Part shown: piece after piece, positions 8,213 through 17,400 of the stretch
Layout of the letters: the number at the start of each line of letters is the position of its first letter
How positions within the stretch are numbered: position 1 is the stretch's first letter
NCBI GenBank assembly: GCA_963623615.1
Contig: CAVFND010000001.1
Span: forward strand, 1-45,132
Direction: 5' to 3'
DNA length: 45,132 nucleotides
Source: Oscillibacter sp. ER4
Lineage (GTDB): Bacteria; Bacillota; Clostridia; Oscillospirales; Oscillospiraceae
Notes under the pieces: generated by a model
Told to the model about the DNA's origin: nothing
What the model saw: the letters and a program-made list of their open reading frames with translations, nothing else
Database searches by the model: none
Position numbers and translations under genes: made by a program

Positions 8213-8283
8213 ATCTTTACCTCCTAAAAAATTGAAAAGCGGAGCGACTATTGCCGCCCCGCTTGCCTCGCCGTTAGGGCGTC

Positions 8284-8311
8284 AGCATTTTCGTGACCTC
8301 ACGAAAATGCT
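8284..8311. repeat. Perfect 13-bp inverted repeat AGCATTTTCGTGA-CC-TCACGAAAATGCT
   Basis: Seen directly, intergenic. Confidence 0.85.
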
Positions 8312-8919
8312 CAGATGTTGCCGCCGCTGTAAGCGCCGCAGCCCGCGAACTGCGGCACGATACCGTAGCCGTATGGCGTGGTGCGCGGGATCCCACACAG
8401 CGCTGCCTGAAGCTGGAGCTGGTTGATCTGGTTCTGCATGTCCGCCATGCGGTTGCCCGCAATAGCGTCGAGGATCTTCTGCGTCTGCGCGGTCGTGTTG
8501 GCATTGATGCTCGCGGTGTTGATCGCGCCGTTGTAGTTGACGCTGTCGATACCGCGGAGCACGTTGCAGCAGCACTCCTGCTGGCGTGCGAAGCCCTCAG
8601 CCGCAGCCGCCTGCAAATCGCGCAGCTCGCCGAGGATGTTGTAGTTGCCGTCCTTGACTGCGGCCTGGTTGTCATAGGCAGCCTGACGCACAGCGGCGAC
8701 GGTTTCGTTGTTCTGGCGTTCAAGCGCCGCGAAGTCGGTGGCGCGCTGAACGTCGCCGACCGTGGCGTTGCGATCGCCGGTGCCGCGGTTGCCCCAGTTG
8801 CCAAAACCGCCGCCCATCAGGGCGAGGATAGCAAAGAGCCAAAGGCCCTCGTTTCCGAAGCCGCCGAAGCCACCGCCCTGAACAGCGGCGATGTCAGCAG
8901 GGGAAAGCCCTTCCGTCAT
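8311..8919 (-). CDS. Gly-rich/hydrophobic N-terminus plus long coiled coil with CCC motif; hypothetical
   Basis: GGFGGFGNEGLWLFAILALMGGGFG, heptad repeats, QQECCC; GGAGG RBS. Confidence 0.8.
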   Translation of the reverse strand: MTEGLSPADIAAVQGGGFGGFGNEGLWLFAILALMGGGFGNWGNRGTGDRNATVGDVQRATDFAALERQNNETVAAVRQAAYDNQAAVKDGNYNILGELRDLQAAAAEGFARQQECCCNVLRGIDSVNYNGAINTASINANTTAQTQKILDAIAGNRMADMQNQINQLQLQAALCGIPRTTPYGYGIVPQFAGCGAYSGGNI

Positions 8920-8970
8920 GGTGTGTACCTCCAAGGATAATATTTCCGAACGGTGTGCACCCCGTCAGGA

Positions 8971-9249
8971 TCACTGGAATTGCGAGAGGATCGTCTGCGG
9001 GTCTGCGCCCTTCTGCCGGCAGAGCTCGAAAAATGCCCCGCGCATATCCGTCCCGCTTTGCTGCGCCTGCTTGAGCTGGGCGAGCATTGGGTTTGATTGC
9101 GCCATCTGCTCGAGTGCTGCAATGGGATTGCGGGCCATTTGATAAGCCTTGTACAGCCCGACGATGCTGCTGAGATCAGGACTGCTCGGCGCTGTCGGCG
9201 CGGCGCTTCCCTGCGGGTTTAACAGGCTCAAGATCGGATTGGCGTTCAT
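8971..9249 (-). CDS. Hypothetical Q/M/P-rich helical protein
   Basis: NPMLAQL...FFELCRQKGADP; GGAG RBS. Confidence 0.75.
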   Translation of the reverse strand: MNANPILSLLNPQGSAAPTAPSSPDLSSIVGLYKAYQMARNPIAALEQMAQSNPMLAQLKQAQQSGTDMRGAFFELCRQKGADPQTILSQFQ

Positions 9250-9568
9250 TCAGTATCTCCTCCAATTTAGAAAGCCTTGCGTTGAGGTCATCCATGCTTA
9301 CCGCAGGAGCCTCGACGTGCTGCGAAATGTCAAACGGCGTCGGCGTCAGATATCCCGCCCCGTCAGTCTGACACAGCCAGACGATTGGAGCCGTATCATC
9401 AAGCACAAGCGCGGAACTGTTAGGAGCCATTTGCAGGGCCTCTGCGCCGCGTCTGCCCGTCACGTGGATAATTTCATACTTGGACGCGTTAGGAACTCTC
9501 ACGGCCTGTGCAGCGGGCGCAGGATAGGGAAAATACGGCTGGTATGCCGCCCCGGCAGGATAATTCAT
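9176..9568 (-). CDS. Hypothetical protein with Y/P-rich N-terminus
   Basis: AAGGAGGGG RBS before MNYPAG; VWLCQTDGAG core and C-terminal coiled coil. Confidence 0.75.
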   Translation of the reverse strand: MNYPAGAAYQPYFPYPAPAAQAVRVPNASKYEIIHVTGRRGAEALQMAPNSSALVLDDTAPIVWLCQTDGAGYLTPTPFDISQHVEAPAVSMDDLNARLSKLEEILNERQSDLEPVKPAGKRRADSAEQS

Positions 9569-9653
9569 CTCGCGCCCCTCCTTTGTTGCCTCAATCATAA
9601 CGAAAAAGAGACCCCGCAAAGAGCCTGAAAAAGGTCTTTGTAGGGTCTCTTCT

Positions 9654-9893
9654 TTATGTGTTTTTGATTCCATCCGCGATTTTGCTGTACGCCCTGTGCC
9701 GCCGCGTTTTCACGTACTCCGGCGAGACGTGCAGCGCCTCCGCGACCTCGACGCGGCTCTTTCCTCGCACGTCGCATTCAATGAGGCAGTAGGCCTCATC
9801 CGGCGGCAACTCAAAGGATAGAACGTACGATACTGCCCGCTTTGGGGCCATAGAGGATAATTGCGCGCGGATTGACCTGTGCTGACTGTTCAT
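9654..9893 (-). CDS. Sigma-70 region 4 / LuxR-like HTH protein
   Basis: GKSRVEVAEALHVSPEYVKTRRHRAYSKI. Confidence 0.7.
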   Translation of the reverse strand: MNSQHRSIRAQLSSMAPKRAVSYVLSFELPPDEAYCLIECDVRGKSRVEVAEALHVSPEYVKTRRHRAYSKIADGIKNT

Positions 9894-9970
9894 GCCCGCG
9901 TAGGGCTTGCAGAGGCGCTTGCGCGTGGGCTTTCGCCGCCCGCTCCTTCCCGTGCCCGATTAGGGCACCG

Positions 9971-10579
9971 TTATTTTGTCGCTCTCTGGATCATTGTCAC
10001 GGCCTCCTGCCGTGTGATAAGCCCCTGCGGGGCGCTGCCGTCCGTGATGCCCGCCGCCTTTGCCGCCGCCCAGCCCTTCGCCGCCCACGGCGAGACGGTC
10101 TTCGTCTTGAGCTGCGCAAGGTACGCGTCAGCCATCTTGTTAAATGTTGCCTGATCCATGTATTCCTCCATTTCCGGCGGGAGCTTGCCTGCCAAGATCA
10201 TCGAGCCTGTGTGCTTCTGGTGGTTGTCCCACTGGATGTGCGGTTTGTCGGGGAAGCTCTTCCAGTCCCCGCCCCAGCTAAAGCCGACCTGCTTTGCGAT
10301 CTGCCCGCAGCGGGCAAAGAATGACGAATCGTCATACTCATGCCCCTTGACGTTTTTGCAGATGTCAAACGCAAGCCCTGCCTTGACGCTGTGGAACGTC
10401 GGGCGCGTTGCGTTCTTCGACGCATAGCCTTTTGCGGCCAAATAGCGCTGGTACTCATCGTCTCGCACCGTCTCCGTCACGAGCACGGGCAGCCCCGCCT
10501 CTTTGCAGAGATCTAGGAAGATGACGCAGTTGGCCCGAACGTCCGCCCGCAGGTCAGCAATGTCCCTACTGTGATACAT
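9971..10579 (-). CDS. Endolysin, peptidase M15 family (L-Ala-D-Glu type), with SLH-like C-terminus
   Basis: R..EYQ..L, TFH...GLAFD and WGGDWKSFPDKPHIQ motifs. Confidence 0.85.
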   Translation of the reverse strand: MYHSRDIADLRADVRANCVIFLDLCKEAGLPVLVTETVRDDEYQRYLAAKGYASKNATRPTFHSVKAGLAFDICKNVKGHEYDDSSFFARCGQIAKQVGFSWGGDWKSFPDKPHIQWDNHQKHTGSMILAGKLPPEMEEYMDQATFNKMADAYLAQLKTKTVSPWAAKGWAAAKAAGITDGSAPQGLITRQEAVTMIQRATK

Positions 10580-10784
10580 CGCCGTCACCCTTGCTGTCGA
10601 TCACGTCCTGCGTCTTCTGCGACTGCGTACCAAAATAGAACGCGATGATGACCGCATAGATGGTCATAAAATCCTGCGAGATGCTTCCCGTCACCGCCAT
10701 ATAGGCAAAAACGGCGGTCAGCACCAGTGTCACAAGGCTCTTGACACTGAGCAAATTTGCCAGTCTCTTACGAATCAGTTCCAT
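10566..10784 (-). CDS. Holin
   Basis: Two transmembrane helices, IIAFYFGTQ motif; directly upstream of the endolysin. Confidence 0.8.
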   Translation of the reverse strand: MELIRKRLANLLSVKSLVTLVLTAVFAYMAVTGSISQDFMTIYAVIIAFYFGTQSQKTQDVIDSKGDGDVSQ

Positions 10785-11010
10785 TGTCCTTCTCCTTTCG
10801 ACCAGATAATTTGTCCGCGATGGCGACGCCCGCCGTCATCACGTCTGCAATGCCGCCCACTCCCAGTACGTAGGGGAACATGGGATCCCACTGCCACCCC
10901 TTCACGCTGTAGAATGCGACGGTATACACGATAAACGCGCTCAGGAACACCGCAACCGCGCAGAGAATGCGGTTGCGCGTCTTGAGCTTTTTCTTTTTCG
11001 GCGCGGTCAT
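10768..11010 (-). CDS. Membrane protein (holin/antiholin-like)
   Basis: Basic N-terminus and two hydrophobic segments, within the lysis cluster. Confidence 0.65.
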   Translation of the reverse strand: MTAPKKKKLKTRNRILCAVAVFLSAFIVYTVAFYSVKGWQWDPMFPYVLGVGGIADVMTAGVAIADKLSGRKEKDNGTDS

Positions 11011-11309
11011 GCCGCACCGCCCGCCAGCAGCCACGCGACGAACGCGCCCGCGAGCGCCGCGAGGATTTTATCGACCAGACTGTCCCAGCGTCTTCCAGCC
11101 TTGCCCGTGATGGTCTTCACGTCTTCTTTGATCTCCTTGACGTCGCTCTCGACGGTCTCCTGCTTCGTGGCGAGCACCTTGACCGATGTGGCCAGCTCGT
11201 TCAGTGCTTCCTGCTTCTCCGCCATTTCATCGATACGGTGCGTGTTGCTCCTGCACCGCGCGTCGATCATCGCGATCTCCGCGTCGTCGTAATGTTTCAG
11301 CTCTCCCAT
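11007..11309 (-). CDS. XhlA-like coiled-coil membrane protein
   Basis: RSNTHRIDE coiled coil and C-terminal TM helix; start trimmed to MGELKHY. Confidence 0.7.
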   Translation of the reverse strand: MGELKHYDDAEIAMIDARCRSNTHRIDEMAEKQEALNELATSVKVLATKQETVESDVKEIKEDVKTITGKAGRRWDSLVDKILAALAGAFVAWLLAGGAA

Positions 11310-11341
11310 GTTCCCGCTCCTCCGTTGGTGTTCTTGCCGCA

Positions 11342-11375
11342 AGCGTAGCACGCGCATTTCCGTTTTTCACCACGG
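11342..11375 (-). promoter_or_regulatory. CCGTGGTGA-N19-TACGCT promoter motif upstream of the lysis genes
   Basis: Conserved 9-mer and spacing; TG extension. Confidence 0.65.
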
Positions 11376-11383
11376 AACACGAG

Positions 11384-11419
11384 AAAAAGAACCTGCCGGA
11401 GATCCGGCAGGCTCTTTTT
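11384..11419. terminator. Intrinsic terminator after the polyvalent gene
   Basis: CCTGCCGGA-GA-TCCGGCAGG stem with A and T tracts. Confidence 0.8.
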
Positions 11420-11421
11420 CT

Positions 11422-14400
11422 TCACGCCGCCTTCTTCCGTGCGATCGCAAGCTGTTCGTCCACCCGCGCGCGGTTCCAGTGGCGGATCTTCTTCGGCACG
11501 TCCAGATATTCATACATCGCCGTGCGTTGCTGCTCGTTGAGCCCCGAGCGGAACAGCATTTCCATGACCTGTAAGCCCTTGCTGTAGTCGATGGAATCAC
11601 CGTTCTTGTCTTTCAGGCTCTCGCACTCGCTCGCCGCCGCCTTGCAGGCCGCGAACACGCCCGGGTCGATGCGGTACTGCTTCTGCGCCTCCTGCGCGTT
11701 CTGGATCCATTTCGTCGTGATCTCATACTGCCCGCCGGAGTTGTCTTTCAGCGCCATCGCCTTAGCATAGCTCTCGACGTAGCCGAGAGCCTTGTCCTTG
11801 CCCTCGTCAGAAAGCCGCGAGAATGCGCCGCTGCCCGTCGCCTTGTCAGCCTGCGCGCGGTAGGTCTCGCTCTTCTGCGTTTCGTACTTGCTGAACGCGC
11901 TCGCGTCAAGGCTTGCCGCGCTGAACTTCTCCTCGTCCTCTCCGCTGTCGTAGGCGTACTTCCCGCGGATGCCCAGCAGGTCGAGCGACTTCTGCGGGAG
12001 CGAATAGTTTTCTTCGCTCTCGGTTTTCTTATTGTAGCGGGTCTTAAGGTTGCTCTGGATGCTCTCGCCGTCAAGGCCCATCTGCTCCATCAGGTCGCGG
12101 CGGATGTGCTCATAGGTCGTATAGTCGCCCTGTTCCAGCGTGTCGTAGAGGATAGAGATAAACCGGCTCTTGTTGCTACTGTTGGCAAGGTTATAGCTGA
12201 ACTTCTCCACCTCATACTGATATGCAAGGCTCCCGCTCGCCTGTGCAACGGTGCGGATCAGCGCCGTCACGTCGCGCTTGAGGTTGGCGACCGGCAGGCC
12301 GAACAGTTTGCTTGCCGCCGCCAGCATCGAGATCGTCGCTTCCTTGCGCGTTTTCGTGCCGCTCCCGTCCATGCTCTTGGCGAACGTCTGCCCTGCCTCG
12401 ATCACGTCCATGAACACCTCCATGTCCGGTCGCGATACGTCATAGCCCTGAATGATCGACAGGATGTCCTTTGCAAACGGGATTTGCCCCACGATGTTCA
12501 TGTTGCTGCCGACGTTGCCGTTCAGCACCACGTTTGCGATCAGCTCCGCCGCGCCGTTCTCGTCCCCCTCCACGCCCGTAAAGGCGGAGAGAAATTTCTC
12601 CCAGTAGTCCTTGTCGCGGTCGTCGTCGCGCAGGGCGTCAATGACGCTCTGTGCCAGCGCATTTACCACGTTCGTGACCACCAGCGCCGTTGCCGCGCGT
12701 CCCACGGCCTTACGCGCCTTGTTCCGCTTTGCGGGGTTCTCCTCGTAGCGGAATGCGTCGTAGCTGCGCAGCAGCACATTAAGGCTCATAATGGGCTCGC
12801 CCATGAAGGCCGTCGCCTGTTGGGAAAGATCGCTGCGGCCTCTCATGATGTTCGATCTCTGCAAAATGCCGTCCACGACCTGCGTCTGGTCGATCATGTC
12901 GGTGAATGCCTCGTTGACCGCGCTGTAAAATTCGTTGCTGCCCGCTCGCACGTCGGGCTTCTCACGCTTCACCTGCCATTCGCAGGCGTTCCACAGCTTC
13001 CCCCACGTCACGGCGTCCGCCTTGCCCGCCGCCGCGCCCGCAAGGTCGTTCAGCTTGCTTGCCGCGCCCTCCTTGCCGTAGAAGCGCTCTTTCAGCGTGT
13101 ACGGCGACGAAATGTCAAAGCTGCCGACGTCCTTGCGCATCGCGATCGGGGAGTGCTTGAGCGCTTTCTCCCATCCGCTCCCCTTCGTCACGCCGCCGGT
13201 CATGCCCTTTGCCATGTCCTTCGGGTCGAGCACCGCAGCCGCGCGGAAGAACGCCGTCGGCTGCTGGATAACGACGCGGATATTCGCGCCCACGGACGCG
13301 CCCTTGAATTTGCCGACGAATTTTGCGGCCTTGCCGGTCGCCGGTTCAAAGTCCTTGCCGCCGATGCCGTTCTGAATGTCGCCCATCAGCTTTGTCCAAT
13401 ACTGTGACGCGCCCTGACCGCCCTTTTCGTCGAGCAGCCCCTTCACCGTCACGCCGGTTTTGATCCCCGCATCGCTGCGGTACTGGAAGTTGAAAAAGCG
13501 GTTCATGTCCTCCATCGGCGCGAGCCATGCCGCGTAGTCGATCATGTCTGAGGCGTGAGCGGCAAACGTGTCGAACACGCTGTGCAGCTCCACGGCATTA
13601 TTGGCTTTCTGCTGCGTCTGCTGCGCCATGCCGATATTTTTGATCGAGCGCACGTTGCCGCTGTCCTTTTCGAGGTTGCTGTGCAGACCCTCCCTTGCCG
13701 ACTTGATGGGCCAGTAGTTCTTGTCGGTGAATTTGCGGTAGCCGTAGGCCTGCATGCTCGCCTCGTTGCCGTACTTGGCAAGCGTTGTCGCGGTAAGCTC
13801 CTGCAAGCCGTCCGCCACGCGCTTCTGCTCGTCCGTCAGCTTGCCCGTGATGCGCTCGATGTCGCCCTCGGTCAAAAAGACCGCCTGCGTCCCGCGCTTC
13901 ACCTTGACAAGCCCCGTGTCCGCGCTGCGGATCTCCGGCTGATACACGCCGCCGCCCAGCAGATGGCCGAGCGCCTGATCTCGCTTGCTCAAAAGGTACA
14001 GCTCCATCACCTGCGGCGTTGTCAGCGTCAGTTTGCCGCCGTTGGCAACGGTGATATCGTGCGTCTCCGCCTCCCACTTGCCGATGGCGCTGCCGCGCAC
14101 ACCGCGCCACGCCTCGCGCAAATTGCCGTGGCGCGCCTTGTTGAAGATTTCCTTCACGCCGTCCGCGCCCAGCTCGTCGCCCAGCACCTTCTGCGCCTTT
14201 TCGGCAACGTCCCGCGCCATGACCTCCTGTGAATCCTGCGCGTTGCGCAGCAGCCGGTAAAGCGCTTTGCCCGTCTCGCCGTAGTGGGCAAAGAACGTGT
14301 ATGGCGTTTCCAGGCTGATCGCCGTATTGCCGCCGAGCTTCTTCCTCCGCGTGCGCACGTCGGTCTTGAAGGCGTCCGCCATCTGCTTTGTGGTCTCGAA

Positions 14401-17400
14401 TTTGCTCTTCGACAGCACCTTGCCCGCCGTCGAGACGGAGTGCTCCACCGCGCGGACCGTCTTCCACATTGTCCCAAGTTCTTCCCGCGTCAGCTCGGAG
14501 AGCCGACGGTCGCCCATCTGGATCACCTGCTCCAAAAGGCCATCCGTTCCGACCAGCGCCTCATCTACGACCATTTCCCTGCCGTTCTCGTCCTTACCCT
14601 CAAGGATCTCGCCGTACTGCTTCTGCAAGGCGCGGAACGCCTCGGTGCGCTGCGTCGGCGTGCCGCTGCCGTCATAAACGCGCTTGCCGCTCTCGTCCAC
14701 GGTGTAGGCGCTCTCCTGATTGATGCTGTTCAGCAGTGCCGCCACGCTCGAGCGCATATCCTCGGGGATGTGGCGCGTGTCCGTCGGGCGCAGCAGCTTT
14801 TTGGAAAGCTCCTTGGAGTGGCGCACGATCTTCGCGCGCAGCTCGCGCTTTGCCTGCCCCTCGCGGCGCGTTGCGTCCTTCTCGCGGTAACGGTCTTTCA
14901 GCGCATCCAGCTTTTCCACCTGCTGCGTGCGCGCCTTCTGCAAGGCCTCCTGCGTATGCCGCAGCCGCACCGCGTCCGCGCGTCCCTGCGCCATCTGACC
15001 TGCGAGCTTTGCGTCCGCCGCGGCCTTGCGCCCTGCCGCCTTTGCCGCGTCCAGTTTTTCCGCCTGCACGTCGGCGAAGGTCTTCTTCGCCTGCGGCAGA
15101 TCGAAAAACCGCTCCATGATGTCGTTCGAAATGGCGCTGACCGCCTGACCCATGTAGCCCTCAAACGGGTTATACTCGCCCACATTGTAGAGCTCGTTCG
15201 CCACCTCGGCGATACGGCTGATCTGGTCGCTCACGTTGTTCTCGCGCGTCTCGCTGAAAAACTCGGGGTAGTTCTCCGCCAGCTCAGAATAGACCTGATC
15301 GACGTTCGTGTGCTCGCCCTTGACAAGATTCACCTTGCCGAAAAGCCCGCGGCGCAGGTCGGCGTAGTCCGTGATGCCCGCCGCGTCCTCAGCAGAAAGC
15401 GTCAGCTTCGTATCCTTGAGGAACTTTCGCAGCTCGCTGTACTCGCGGTAAACCTCGTCATCCTTTGCGATGGAGCTCTCGGCGATGCGCTCGGCAATGG
15501 AATCTGCGCGGCTTCTTGCCTCGGTATAGGTGAGCTCGCCGGTCTCGTCGCCGCCGCGCGCGATGTAGTCGTACAGGCTCGCGAGGTCGCCCGCGATCTC
15601 GCTGCTGTCGATCTCCGCGCTGTAATCCTTCACGAGCTTCTTTGCCGCCTGCTGAACGCCCTTGCTGTCGGTGCGCACGCCGTCGCTGCGGCGCGTCTGC
15701 CCCTTCCAGTAGTCCACGCGCTGGCGCAAGGTCTCGTTCTCACGCTTGAGCGCCGCGAGCTCCTGCGCGTTCTCCGTGCCCTTGAGGGACAGGAACTGTG
15801 CAAGGCTCGACACCTGTGGCGTCGTACCGTCTTCAAAATAGGCCTTGATATCGGCAAGTACCTTGTTCGCGTGCGTGCCGCGCGGATATTCCGTGCTCGA
15901 TACCGTCTGCCCGTCAGGCGTATCAAGGTCAAGGATGACCTCGCCACGATTGTGGCTGATGAAATCGGAAAGAGAATCGAGCTGATTCTTTGTCGGCATG
16001 ACAGAAAGGTTGATGCCGCCGCTTTCCGGAGAAATGCGGATATTGCCCTCGCTCATAAACTGGACCATGCTGCCGCTGTAATCGCTGCCGCCGTAGTCGC
16101 CGCCCAGCGCGTCGCGGATATCTCGATGGTCGACCGTGCGATATCCGCCGGGGCCGCCTTCATGTCTGCCGGAGAAGTCGAGCTTTTTGCCGTTCGTCAG
16201 GATGTAACCGGTCTCCGACCACTTATAGGTATGTCCGAAATACTCGTCCGCATCCTTGCGGTGCTGCTTCTTCTCTTCGTCGGTGTACTCTTTCAGCGAA
16301 TAGCGCTTCTTGGAGTTCTCCTTTGTCAGTCTGCCGCTTTCACTAATAGGCACACCCGCTTTGCGGAGCTCCTTGAGCAAGTCCGGCGTTACCACATTAT
16401 CGGGAACCGAAATGCCGGAATCGCCCAGCAACTCTTTGTACATCTGTGCCACTTCCGAATTAGGAACGATGCGTACAGGCTTAATCCAGCGGGAAAGAAA
16501 TACTTTCCGCTCAATGCCTCTTGCCTTTCGCACCTGCCCCGCGACAGTGCCGGTATGCCATGAATGCCAGCCGGTAGAATCCTTTGCACCCTCTGCGCGG
16601 TATCCGCTTGTGTCTTCGCTCACAGGTACTTCGCATTCTACCGTGACAAGGTTGTCGCGCGTATACGCCCCACTGAACTGATCGTTGATAACAAGATTGG
16701 ATGAATGCATATAGGGGTTATACGCAGCGATAACATTGCCCTGTCCCTTGCCCTTATCCAGCTTGAATTTGCCGTCTTTCACAAGGTCGGGGCGCTCAAC
16801 CGCCATTTCCCACGCGCCAAGCTCGCTTGCATCCTCGTATTTGCCATCGACACGCGCAGCCATCGGCGGGTACAGCTTCCCGTCAACCACCTGCATTGTC
16901 TTGTAGGTCTTGAGCGTCTTTTGCTTTTCAAGGTAATCCAGAGTGTCTTTATCGGTCACGCGAAGAGAGTATCGGGCATCGTCATATTTAATGTCGTCGC
17001 CCTTCCGAGCAGAATGATCGACCCTATTGACATTTTCCTTGCTTTGGGGTACACTACGTTCAGAAAGTCTACCACCATTTAGAGCGCTGCTCTCCCGAGC
17101 AGAAGAGCCATTACCGGTGGTAGGCTTTTTGCGTTTCTGAATGTTCCCGATGCTGTACGCCGTTTCTTCGTTCCCGTTCAGCGCAGAGACAAACGAAACT
17201 CGGTAATACTGACCATCGCTGTCTTCAAAATACGACACATACGAATTGAAGCCATCTTCGCCAATGTCGTTCTCGTGCACGCCGCCGATGTCCTCCATAT
17301 TGTGTGAGAACTCGCCAGTGAGGATAATCTCGTCAATGTGCGATGCCGCCGTTTCTTTCAGGCGATATGCTTCGTCGGAGAGCTGCGTTTTTTGATGCGT

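Noticed and set aside
14284..16563. Long plus-strand ORFs (e.g. 14284-16563, 1594-3396, 23251-24963, 29164-30633, 12106-13407)
   Set aside because: Antisense shadows of recognisable minus-strand genes in GC-rich DNA, with no motifs
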